Below, piece by piece: positions 12,224-25,029 of a stretch of 64,000 nucleotides of DNA. The stretch is from Octopus bimaculoides. Its lineage: Eukaryota. The position numbers were made by a program, and so were the translations under genes. Where the stretch lies: positions 36,162,805-36,226,804 of the forward strand of contig NC_068999.1 in the NCBI RefSeq assembly GCF_001194135.2, in the 5' to 3' direction. The notes beneath the pieces are model-generated. The model made no database searches and was not told the origin of the DNA. It saw nothing but the letters and a program-made list of their open reading frames with translations. The number at the start of each line of letters is the position of its first letter. The first letter of the stretch is position 1.

Positions 12224-12395
12224 CACACAGGCATGACTGTGCGGCGGTGGCTGGCTAAGAAGCTTGCATCAAACGCAAAGAGGTTTTGGGTTCAGTCCTA
12301 TGTTGCATCTTGGACTAATTATTTCTGCCTTAGCACTTGCCGATCAAAGCGTAGTGAGTGGATTTTGTAATCGGAAAATGAATGAAGTCCGCCAC
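12224..12395 (+). mobile_element. SINE type E, 5' half, diverged
   Basis: CACAGGCATGACTGTG...AAGAAGCTTGC...GTGAGTGGATTT...GAAGTCCG matches the E head and body. Confidence 0.7.
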
Positions 12396-12608
12396 GCACT
12401 ATTCATTTGATTTTCACTGCAGTTTTTATTCGTTTTTATCTTTAGTTTATACGTCTGTCAGAGTTCATTTGTCACACATTCTGTGACCTCATTAATGAAT
12501 CTGTCCGATGTGCACTCTTGTCCTGATTATTCCATTTTTCCACCCATCCATCCATCCATACATACATACATACATACGTGCGTACGTGCATGTGGGGGGG
12601 TGCGTGTG

Positions 12609-12937
12609 TGTGAATGCGCATGGCTCAGAGGTTAGAGCATCCGACTCACAACCATGACGTAGTGACTTCGATTCCCTGACCGGGCTACATGTGGTGTTCT
12701 TGAACAAGACACTGTATTTCACGTTGATCCAGTTCCCTCATCTGTAAAAATGAGTTCTGACGTCACTGATGCTTTGCAGTACCAGTCATTGCCTTCCTGT
12801 TGGATAGCGTTGGTAGCGTGGAGAGGGAAGTCTGGTATGCACGGGTGACTGGTGGTTTTCCATAAAGCCACTTGTCCGGAACTGTGTAAAGATATATTCA
12901 TAATCCCATGGTCATTCAAGACCGAAGAGGGTCTTCA
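12609..12937 (+). mobile_element. tRNA-derived CORE-SINE, type C
   Basis: A box TGGCTCAGAGG, B box GACTTCGATTCC; CORE-like block 12692-12754 ending CAGTTCCCTCATCTGTAAAAATG, resembling the MIR CORE motif CAGTTTCCTCATCTGTAAAATG; second copy at 55141-55380. Confidence 0.85.
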
Positions 12938-13016
12938 TCCATTACCCTATATATATATATATATATATGCGTGTGTGTGTGTGTGTGTGTGAGTGTGTGT
13001 GTATGTTTGTGTGTGT

Positions 13017-13094
<78 letters not shown>

Positions 13095-13270
13095 ATGTTT
13101 ACGTTGTGGTTACGATGTTTGGCCCTGATTACTGTTTGACAACAGGTATTAGTCTGTATATTGCCCTGTAACTTAATTGTTCGGCAAAAATTGTCGGTGG
13201 AATGAGCACCATGCTCTAAAAACTAACTACTGGAGTCAATTTGTTTGACTAAACCCTTCAATGTGGTATA
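13095..13270 (+). mobile_element. SINE type E, 3' half, diverged
   Basis: TTTGACAACAGG...CCCTGTAACTTA.TTGTTCGGCAAAA...CTGGAGTCAATT...CTTCAA matches the E 3' part. Confidence 0.65.
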
Positions 13271-14143
13271 TGAAACGAGCGAGAGTTAAACCAAAGTTCT
13301 ATATATCCTGCCGCTTTTCTTTTTTTTTTCTTTTACATATCTCACACGACCATTCGCCGCCGGCACGTCGACTAGTTTATAGGTGTGAAGCTGTTGCCTT
13401 GGTTCATGGTAAAGTTGTATGATACAGACTTCAGACACTGGAAGGTAGCAGTGTCTTTGCCGAGTATCTTCTCCACATCTGTTTCTGCATTGTTTTCTAT
13501 AGCGATCAGTGTGAGCAAATTATATTTAATGACTATACATGTATGTATTATGTTTGTATATTTATTTATTATCTATCTGTGAGTTTTGTGTTTGTCTGTG
13601 AGAGTATGGAATATGTGCTGTTTATATCATGTTATATTCGTCGTGATTCGTATGTGTGTTTTATAAGCGTGCAACTGTTTGTGTTCCGAAGAAATTTTTT
13701 TTACCAGTATGTAAACATACATACATACACATACACATAATTGTGTGTGTGTCTGTGTATATATGTAGNNNNNNNNNNAAGCGTGCAACTGTTTGTGTTC
13801 CGAAGAAATTTTTTTTACCAGTATGTAAACATACATACATACACATACACATAATTGTGTGTGTGTCTGTGTATATATGTAGGTAATATAAATGTATGTA
13901 TGAAATATGTATGTATATATGAATGTATTATGTAGTATGTATGTATGTATGAATGTATGTATGTATGTATGTATGTATGTAGGTATGTATGTATGTGCAA
14001 ACATCTATATACTAAATTTTAAAAATATATATACAAATTTATAAATATACATACCAACGATGGAGCTTTGTATCTTTGTTAAAAACAAGTTCATTCTTCA
14101 AAGGGAGAATTTACACAATTATATATGAATACATCCATGCGCA

Positions 14144-14190
<47 letters not shown>

Positions 14191-14517
14191 TCGTGCACAC
14201 ACACACAGACACACACGCATGCACGCACATATATAAGCTTGTCTTTGCCGAGTATCTTCTCAACAGTAGTTTCTGTGCTGTCATCGTTAGCGAACACTGT
14301 CAACAAATTACATTTAATAAGTAGAAATGCATATATCTTGTTTTTGTGTTTATTTGTTACTTATGTGTGGGCATGTATGTGGGTCTGTGAGTGTATGTAA
14401 TATATGTTGTTCATGTCATGTTATATTGGTCGTAAGTAAGTACTGCGTGTGTGTTCTATGCACTTGTAACTATTCATGTTCCAAAGAATTTTTTTATATT
14501 CATCACGAAAACAAATA

Positions 14518-14567
14518 CAGAAAGATAGATAGATCGATAGACAAACAGACAGATAGACAAACAGATT

Positions 14568-14636
<69 letters not shown>

Positions 14637-14645
14637 GTAGGTAGG

Positions 14646-14691
<46 letters not shown>
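14518..14691. repeat. (GATA)n/(GACA)n microsatellite
   Basis: Direct reading; other (GATA)n tracts at 16533-16704, 34349-34394 and 63687-63747. Confidence 0.95.
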
Positions 14692-14694
<3 letters not shown>

Positions 14695-16559
14695 TGATAT
14701 GATATTTGTGTGTGTATGTTTGTATGTATGTATATGCTTACATATATACATATACGTATGTGTATATTGGATGAAATATATATGCATAGCTATACANNNN
14801 NNNNNNNNNNNNNNNNNNNNNNNNNNNNNNNNNNNNNNNNNNNNNNNNNNNNNNNNNNNNNNNNNNNNNNNNNNNNNNNNNNNNNNNNNNNNNNNNNNNN
14901 NNNNNNNNNNNNNNNNNNNNNNNNNNNNNNNNNNNNNNNNNNNNNNNNNNNNNNNNNNNNNNNNNNNNNNNNNNNNNNNNNNNNNNNNNNNNNNNNNNNN
15001 NNNNNNNNNNNNNNNNNNNNNNNNNNNNNNNNNNNNNNNNNNNNNNNNNNNNNNNNNNNNNNNNNNNNNNNNNNNNNNNNNNNNNNNNNNCTGACGCTAA
15101 AATTTCGAGGATGCGTAATAAATTTCCGGTTGTCAATTTGTAGAGCAGATTGCTTTTTCTTTATCCATATATTTATATCTTTGGTTGTCTGTTGTTTTTT
15201 TCTTTGTTTGTTTGTTTGTTCTTTTTTTTTTGTTTTCGTTTGTTTGTTTGTTTGGGTTTTTTCCCCCTTTTTTTTTTTGTAGTTCCGTATCCACCTCAGA
15301 AAATTATACTGTACGTTCTGTTTATATTAGTACAAGTTTCATTTAAAATAAACCGATAGAAAAAATTCTGGCTTTGAATCCTATAGCATTTTCTTATTCT
15401 TGATTTAACTGCCAAAAATCCAGAAACCATTACAGAATCCAATTCCAAAATAGTAAAAAAGGCTTCCTTTATATTTTTAATCCGCCAAAATATACACAAA
15501 TAAATGAATGTTAAATTTCTTTCTTTGCTTCCTGTCATGTGAGTTTTTACCATTTTCCTAACAAGAAATAATATCCATCGTAATTTGTAAAGATATATTT
15601 ATAATTTCTTTTTTTCGACGGTTCAGATGAGAAAATTCTTCCGTAGTATATCTTTGAACATTTTCTTGTCACGAACAGATATTGATATCTTAAAACGTCA
15701 ATAATTCAAAATGGGTTTTATACTAGAAAATAATAATGTAATGGAAATATTTTATCATCGAAGGTATTGCTCATTTCGTGGCTATTTTTGCAGGTCACAG
15801 GTTGATAAACAGTAATGATATTGTACGCGAAGTTTGAAACAATGGTCGTTGACAAATGGACGAATAACAACTGACTGTAGGAAAGTTTTATATAGCGATA
15901 ACCATTGCATTCATACATATAAAGTGAAGTTTTCGTATTGTAATAATCTTTCTTGCACAGCAAAATATAGTGTTTTTCAACGTTTTGCTAACCTGGCTGA
16001 GGCTCACTATGTTACGTTTCTTTATTTGTTTTGTAAGATTCCTGATATGAAATCGTGAGCTGACGGAGATATTTGGAGATGGTCACTTATATATAATTCT
16101 TTTGGGGAATATTGAAACTCGAAGCAAATTAAGTTATAAATAATAGCGTGTAAACATGGGGCCCTTTCGCTGGAAAACTGAATAGCTACTCATAGAACCC
16201 GAACCATTATTTTCTGTACAGGTGACAGATATTCTACAATTGGACCAAAGCTGTCCTTGGAATTTCTCTTTCCGTTTTATAGGTTCTTTTTTTACCTACA
16301 AGAAATGTATGTTGCTGATCCCATAAGAATTTAGAATCTTCGAGAAGAGCGTGAAATAATTATTTTCTGGGACAATGAAACTCGAAGCATATAAAGCTAT
16401 AAATAATAGAGCAGAGCAGCCGTCCATTTCGTCCGTTAGTTCACATAACGTGGGACTGAGTCAGACTGTTATTAAATACATGTAATTGGAAACCAACAAA
16501 TTCTGTGTACCTTCGTTCGTTTGCTTACTCGTATAGATAGATAGATAGATAGATAGATT

Positions 16560-16704
<145 letters not shown>

Positions 16705-18050
16705 CGCATGCGTGTCTGAGACAGTATTAAGTTATAACCATGTACATATCATATTTCATGTATACATCCCATTGACTAGCATGTTACTGCAGTTTTCTTC
16801 CAAGATAAAATGTCTTATGGACGTTCTGTGTATGAAACCACTACATCGGTAGGAGAGAAAAAATTTTCCCAGCATGCAATTGCTTATTACGAGTGCAATA
16901 AGCTCAAGTTAAGCTGAGTGTCTACAATATAAATTCAATTTTTGGAGGCAGCGTTTTACTGATCCCAGTTCCCGTATTTGCAATTTACGGTATGTACCAA
17001 TACCCTGGATAGTAGTGCCACAATAATCTAAGTGAAATATCGACAACGCTAAGGCTTTTATGGCGACCATAAATCTCAGGCACATTTTATATGCTTCGAA
17101 AAATGCTGTGCGGTATACCATGAAAGAATTAATTAAACTTAATTGTCAGCACATACGCTGATGCGTTTGATCAGTTTTGCTTGTATACACAAATGTAGAT
17201 CTCTTGTCACACTTCCTTCTTCTATGCCTTTCTTTACCATCTCTCTCTTTATTTCTCTTCCTCTCTCCCTCTTTCTCTCTCCCCCTCTATCTCTCTCTCT
17301 CTTTATATATATATATATATATCTCTTCAGACGCCATGCCTACGGGTCTTCACGTCAAAATTTGAACTCATATTGTCTTCGAAAAGACAGCATTCGTTTC
17401 TCGTTGACTTCTGCCAGTAAATTTACAATTTACTCTGCTAGTCTCTTGCATTCGCGAGTTTAAACTTGAGTGATAGGACCTGTTTAGCCCTTAGACGACG
17501 GAACAGGTTCGTAAGTTACGTAGACCTTCACTGCACTACCATATTCTGACATTTGACCCATAACTAAAGCCATTCACTTATACAATCACCTCGAGACAGT
17601 GTAGATCGCGAATAATAATGACGAATATCTATCTCAATCTTCGCCCACACTCTTGAAAACCTGAACTGGAAAGTCACAACGGATTACAGTTACAAGTCTA
17701 TAATCTAGCACTCATCCTTAAGAATTCACTAAAATATTGGAGCCACTGAACCTTACTGGAGTTCGATCATCGAAACAAATGAAAAAATAAGAAACAGACA
17801 CCAAATATAATAACAATGTATTTACAAAAGTTATCTTGTGTACGACATAAAACTAATATTAAAGCCGCCGTGAATTTTGCTTCTGATTCGGTAAGAGCTT
17901 AAGTGATAATGTTGCATTCATTATAAATTCATAATGCAGAAAATAACATCTTTGAATTAAGCTGAAGTATATTTTTGTCGTTCAACAAAAGAATACTTTC
18001 GTACACAACTAAAAATATAATATATGCTTACGATATCTATTTGTCTGTAT

Positions 18051-18104
<54 letters not shown>

Positions 18105-18395
18105 NNNNNNNNNNNNNNNNNNNNNNNNNNNNNNNNNNNNNNNNNNNNNNNNNNNNNNNNNNNNNNNNNNNNNNNNNNNNNNNNNNNNNNNNNNNNNNNN
18201 NNNNNNNNNNNNNNNNNNNNNNNNNNNNNNNNNNNNNNNNNNNNNNNNNNNNNNNNNNNNNNNNNNNNNNNNNNNNNNNNNNNNNNNNNNNGAGTAAGTG
18301 CTGTGCATAAACCATAGTTAAGCTCCAGGTTCGGTGATTATGCGAATAATGTGTCCAACGTAGGTCATATATCAGCGTGTGAATATAAGGATTAA

Positions 18396-18426
<31 letters not shown>

Positions 18427-18576
18427 CAAAACATCTGCCTGTGTTCGGACTGTCTCTGCAAAGGAGCCACCATGTTTCCTGCCTTCGCCGGGTAAAAGAA
18501 TTTTATTTTCGCCCCTCATGTCTTTGCTCTTTATGGTCGCAAAATTAGCCACCTCTCTTCGTCTAACACGAACACC

Positions 18577-19630
18577 CACGCACGTCTCCCACCTTCAACT
18601 GCCCCTCTCCCCTCAATCCGCACATCTGCATCTGCACACCGCCTCAGTACCCTCACGACATGCACCCCTACACAAACACCCATACGAAATGTGGAAATCA
18701 GTACTCACATCACACACCATTATGCACGCACCCACACGCATCTTCCCACTCCATACACACTAGCACCCAGCACCTCCCAGTACCCACACCACACACCATC
18801 ATGCACATTCCTATACCCACACGCACTCGCATGCACATGCACTCACACATATCTTCCCACTCCACACACATATGCACCCAATTACTGCCAATCCCTAACT
18901 TCCATCACTCCTATGCCATCTCCCCTCACCCCTATCTCACCTCCCAACACCTAACTCTCACAAACCCTATCCCACCTCAACATTCTATGCATTCCCCTAC
19001 ACCACACAGCATTCACTCCAGAAAGCACACACAATGCAGAAAACACGCCTGAACACAGACAATATACACATACACGCAATACGCATAAGCACATACAACA
19101 TTCACACACAAATGTACACAATGAACACACACACACAATATAGGGTCACAGGCACACATAGACACGTGCACACACTACCACACAAGCAGACATCAACTGC
19201 TAAACACAAGCTTTTGCACACGAACGCACACGCGCATGTGCAGTAGTCTCAAACACATATACACACGTTAATAAGCACACACACACACACACACACGAAT
19301 TCCCGAAACGAACATTACTCCACACAACGCACCCAAGGTTACTTGTACACATACACACACATACTCCCATAAACGCACTCAGGGTCCATGCGTTTGCATA
19401 ACTACACATATATACACAAACATGATAATTCCACACACATGTTCACACATCCATACGTACACACACATGAACACCAGTACATGATATGCATATCACTCCA
19501 CAAAATGTATGCAGTAGGTTACTTATAAACACACACGCACACACACACACAGTCAGAGGCCAACGCAATTTTAAGCACGCTTTCAAATACATTTGCACGC
19601 TCTCCTCCCCATTCACACACATCATTCTCA
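18577..19630. repeat. ~1 kb degenerate CA-rich low-complexity tract
   Basis: Strongly G-depleted plus strand built of decayed CA/CAC/CACA units. Confidence 0.85.
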
Positions 19631-19872
19631 TATAAACACTCGTGCTTGCGCACCGTAGTTCAGCCGGTTCACCGTCATTATCTCCCTTTCACAACAACTT
19701 TTTTCCGGCCATTTCATTATGTTGAACCGTTCATCCCTACACAGTTTTTTCTCCATTTTTTTTCACTCTCTCTCTCTCTGTTTTTCCCCCACTCAATCTT
19801 TTCTTTCGAAGAGCGTAGGCTCCGTCGGAACGTCGAAGACTTTTATGTATGTACGTACGTATGTATGTATAG

Positions 19873-20008
19873 TGGATGTTGGCGAACCCTACTGTACTCT
19901 TCCACGACAACTTTCTCTCACACTTACTTCTTGTTTCTGTTGTGTCTGTAGTTCAAAGGGACAGCCTTGTCACACTGTGTCACGCTGAATATCCCCCAGA
20001 ACTATGTT
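19873..20008 (+). mobile_element. SINE type A, internal fragment
   Basis: GGCGAACCCT.CTGTACTCTT...GTCACGCTGAATATCCCC matches about 260-400; preceded by (TATG)n. Confidence 0.85.
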
Positions 20009-23000
20009 AAGGGTACACTGCACGTACTCACACACACACACAAATACACACACACATACACACACATACACACACACACATACACAAGTAATTATCTGGA
20101 CTTTGAGTATACGGTTAGTAGTATGCCAATTAAAGCACTTTCACGGTTTAGGCAACCTGATGTCAACCACAGTTTTGACATGCGTGTCACTGAATACGCG
20201 TGTGTGCGCGTGAAAAACCGCTGCTAAATACGTCGGTGCAGTCATCTACAACCGACTGTAAATCGGTCGCACAGCGGGGCGGCAGATACCCTTAGTCTGT
20301 TCGACTCTAATAAGACCAACTTATTTGTTTTTGACCGTATTTAATAACGTTTCCTTAACGGTGTAAGCGTGTGTGTGTGTGTGTCCACAAGATTGGTGGT
20401 TGGTGGAACTGCTATGTTCGTCTTTTATTTTTGAGCTTTGATTATTTTACTCTGTCATGTATTCACTATGAGGTATAGCCAGACCCATTAACCGGTTATA
20501 GCCTCGAAACTGATTGTGAAGAAATAAAGATTCCGTTTTCCTCATTCATTTATTACATATATAAATCTTTTAATATTTAAATCTTTAAGCTGCTTCAGGC
20601 CGATTTTCATTTACTACTTTATTGCACCTTTCGTTTGTACTGAAAACGTACTTCTGAACGTAGCTGGCAACAGTCTTATACATATATATATANNNNNNNN
20701 NNNNNNNNNNNNNNNNNNNNNNNNNNNNNNNNNNNNNNNNNNNNNNNNNNNNNNNNNNNNNNNNNNNNNNNNNNNNNNNNNNNNNNNNNNNNNNNNNNNN
20801 NNNNNNNNNNNNNNNNNNNNNNNNNNNNNNNNNNNNNNNNNNNNNNNNNNNNNNNNNNNNNNNNNNNNNNNNNNNNNNNNNNNNNNNNNNNNNNNNNNNN
20901 NNNNNNNNNNNNNNNNNNNNNNNNNNNNNNNNNNNNNNNNNNNNNNNNNNNNNNNNNNNNNNNNNNNNNNNNNNNNNNNNNNNNNNNNNNNNNNNNNNNN
21001 NNNNNNNNNNNNNNNNNNNNNNNNNNNNNNNNNNNNNNNNNNNNNNNNNNNNNNNNNNNNNNNNNNNNNNNNNNNNNNNNNNNNNNNNNNNNNNNNNNNN
21101 NNNNNNNNNNNNNNNNNNNNNNNNNNNNNNNNNNNNNNNNNNNNNNNNNNNNNNNNNNNNNNNNNNNNNNNNNNNNNNNNNNNNNNNNNNNNNNNNNNNN
21201 NTAGCGAGGCAGAAATTTTCTGCGTTTAGCGGAGCGGTGTTAAATTTGAGGTTGAGCCCTGTGAAATTTAGAGTTTAGCGTCTGACCTGTTCAGTGTAGG
21301 TTTCTAAATAAACAGAAATACCTAATAAAATCAACATGTATCATCTTACTGTTTCTTTGTCTCTTCATTGATTATATGATTTTATTATTATTTATTAACT
21401 TGTTATATTAATATATTTGTCTTCATGTTTACTTTATGAGTGTTTCAGTATTATGTATACCTGTCATGTATTTGTGTACATCATTAATATATAAGTGCAT
21501 GTGGATGTATGTATTCATATATAATTTTATATGTACATTTATGCACTCATATGTGTGTGTGTGTGTGTGAGCGTCTGTCTCAAAAACTCCAAAGTTTTCA
21601 TGCTTGAATTTGTAAACTACGATAAGAATAACACTAGTTAACAAAGGATTTGTTCCAAAGAAAAGAATACCTGTATCTTATAAGTTTTTTCATGCATAAT
21701 TCAAAAATAATGTCAAATTATCTGTATCATCCAGAGTTTCTCTGTTCCACGATATCCCTCTCAGTTCCTGTTACGTGGGCTAAATTTCAGTTAAGCTGTT
21801 GAAATGGGAAGTCAACGGTTTGAGAAATACTCCTAATACAATTTTTTTATGAATAGAATTAAACTAGTGAAATCATAAATCCAGCTGAGTCAATGAGTCC
21901 TCAAAATATATGAAATTAAAAATATGTAAAAATACGAACACACAGAAAAAGCAAAGAAAAATATGTAATATACTAACACACAGAAAAAATTAAATAAAAC
22001 GCGGATGAAAAGAATCTCGTGGCGTGAAGAATCAAGTGTGAAAAATCAACATAGACAACAGCGGCACAGACAACAGTGAACCACAACACAGTTTGTGGAT
22101 GTCATGGTAACAAAATGCTAATGCCACACTGTCTGTTGATTGGCAAAAATAACCCAAATTCCCCAAATTTAATTCCAAATAACATCAGATTCTTTAATTT
22201 ACGAGATAAAGTAATTGGTTGATCGTAATCGAAATTCAGAGTTGCATCGATACACCAAAATTGAAAGCAATCAAAACAAAATTAAGGATGGCTCATTTTG
22301 CGTTTGAGAAAGACTAGATCCGCACCGCCTTTAGTCGAGCAAATCGACCTTAAGACTTATTCTTTATAAGCCTAGTACTTATTCTATCGGTCAATTTTCA
22401 GTGTAAGAAAATATTTGAGATCGAATTACTGTGGAAAAGATAGGGAATATAGAAAGAAATAAGAGAATGAAAGTAGAAATAAGATATATAAAAACATTGT
22501 AGTTGCAGTTCCATTAATGGAGGGAAATGGTGTATAGAAATGGAAAAAAAAAGAAAGGTATGTAAGTTCCAATAGGAGTTCATGTTCAGTCATTTCAAAG
22601 TATGGAGCCGTGGGATCTGTGTTGCTAGTTCGAAAGGGTCTTGTGGCGAGAATGAAAATTTGAGAATGTATTGGTAGTATTTGTGAATAGAGGTGGGGTG
22701 GAAAGATGTGTATGATTAGAAAGAGGAGACAGGTCAAATTGAGAGCAGGAAGAGAAAATGAGAGGAAGAAAGAGAGAAAAAGGAAGACAGAAAGATAAAC
22801 AATTCCTTGGCATCTCACCTAAGGACATACCTATTCCTTCGCAAAAGACTTTCCTCTTACTCCTCCTCTCTAATATATATATATATANNNNNNNNNNNNN
22901 NNNNNNNNNNNNNNNNNNNNNNNNNNNNNNNNNNNNNNNNNNNNNNNNNNNNNNNNNNNNNNNNNNNNNNNNNNNNNNNNNNNNNNNNNNNNNNNNNNNN

Positions 23001-23517
23001 NNNNNNNNNNNNNNNNNNNNNNNNNNNNNNNNNNNNNNNNNNNNNNNNNNNNNNNNNNNNNNNNNNNNNNNNNNNNNNNNNNNNNNNNNNNNNNNNNNNN
23101 NNNNNNNNNNNNNNNNNNNNNNNNNNNNNNNNNNNNNNNNNNNNNNNNNNNNNNNNNNNNNNNNNNNNNNNNNNNNNNNNNNNNNNNNNNNNNNNNNNNN
23201 NNNNNNNNNNNNNNNNNNNNNNNNNNNNNNNNNNNNNNNNNNNNNNNNNNNNNNNNNNNNNNNNNNNNNNNNNNNNNNNNNNNNNNNNNNNNNNNNNNNN
23301 NNNNNNNNNNNNNNNNNNNNNNNNNNNNNNNNNNNNNNNNNNNNNNNNNNNNNNNNNNNNNTGTCACAGACTGTGCACACAAAAAGGTCCTTGTCATTCA
23401 CCTTCTCAGTCTTCACCTTTTTCCTTAAATGTATATATATACATATATATATACATATATATACACACATATATATATATATATACATATATATATGTAC
23501 ATATATATATATACATA

Positions 23518-23690
23518 GATACGACGGGCTTCTTTCAGTTTCCGTCTATCAAATCCACTCACAAGGTTTTGGTCGGCCAGAGGCTATAGAAGAAGACACT
23601 TGTCCAAAGTGCCACGCAGTAGGACTGAACACGGAACCATGTGGTTGGTAAGCAAGCTACTTACCACACAGACAAACATACATATGTACA
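23518..23690 (-). mobile_element. SINE type E, 5' half
   Basis: ACGACGGGCTTCTTTCAGTTTCCGTCTATCAAATCCACTCACAAGG...CTTACCACACAG. Confidence 0.88.
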
Positions 23691-23749
23691 TATATATATA
23701 TATGCACTTGAGTTCATGTGTGTGCGTGTGCTTGTGTGTGTGTGTGTGT

Positions 23750-23786
<37 letters not shown>

Positions 23787-24418
23787 TGTGTGTGTGTGTG
23801 TTTGTGTGTGTGTGCGTGTGTCATCGTAGATACATTTCAGAGTTCAGACTACCAAAGTACTTTTTCCGCTAGGTAATATTCCATGCTTTATTGCAGAAGG
23901 TACAACTTTACCTATCATCAATTAGAGTTAATATTAAAAAGAAACGGCACGAGATCGATTTAACTGGAAAACCCAATACGAATCAAGGTGTTAAGAACGT
24001 TCCCGTTAAGAAGCCAACTTTATAATTAGTTCTTTTATATTCAACATTTGCCTAACAGCGTTTTACATAACACCACTTCTGTCCTCCAGTGTTCACTCGC
24101 ATATCAAAGAGCTCTCATTTAAACCAGGAATCTGTTACATCGATCTGTTTCTCCGTTGATGCATTTTCTAGGCTTCTAGAATACTTCTAAAAGTCTTGGT
24201 TTAAATTCCTCACCTGGAAAAATGAAAATTGTTTCATCACTATAGTTTCAGGTGGCGATTTAATAATGAAATAAGATAATAACGAACTGTAAATTAGTAA
24301 AAGATAAAGGATCAAAGCTGCCTAAACGTTTCTGATTTGTAATAAATCTTCGACGGAAGTGACACAGGGTCATCAGTTCACAACACGACATGTAGTCTAT
24401 ACTGTATCCTTGACAAAG

Positions 24419-24502
<84 letters not shown>

Positions 24503-24794
24503 CATCATTCTTACAGATACACGTGCGCTTGCGCACCCTTTGTTTGGCCGGGTCACCGTTATTATCTCCCTTTCACTCAGCCTCTTTTTTCTGGTCACTT
24601 CATCATGTTGAAGAGTTAATCTCTCGTCTCTCTCTCTCTCTCCCCTCTCTCTCCCCCTCCTNNNNNNNNNNNNNNNNNNNNNNNNNNNNNNNNNNNNNNN
24701 NNNNNNNNNNNNNNNNNNNNNNNNNNNNNNNNNNNNNNNNNNNNNNNNNNNNNNNNNNNNNNNNNNNNNNNNNNNNNNNNNNNNNNNNNNNNNN

Positions 24795-24838
<44 letters not shown>

Positions 24839-25029
24839 GACACAAACAAGAATTCCTTCCTGATATATTGGTGTAAAAATATGGAGGACAAGAAACGGAA
24901 ACAGTGTATAACCTAATGATGTGAATGTCTTGTTATTATCTATCATCACTGTATATCAAAGAAATCTCATTTAAACGAGAAATCTGTTACTTCCGTCTGT
25001 TTCACCGTGAAAAATGAAAAGAACTGGGC

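Noticed and set aside
13665-13882. Identical 104-bp direct repeat (13665-13768 and 13779-13882)
   Set aside because: The copies are separated only by a 10-N placeholder and are 100% identical, typical of an unmerged contig overlap.
16800-17120. Possible decayed DNA transposase N-terminus
   Set aside because: No diagnostic motif or TIR recognised; all frames are interrupted.
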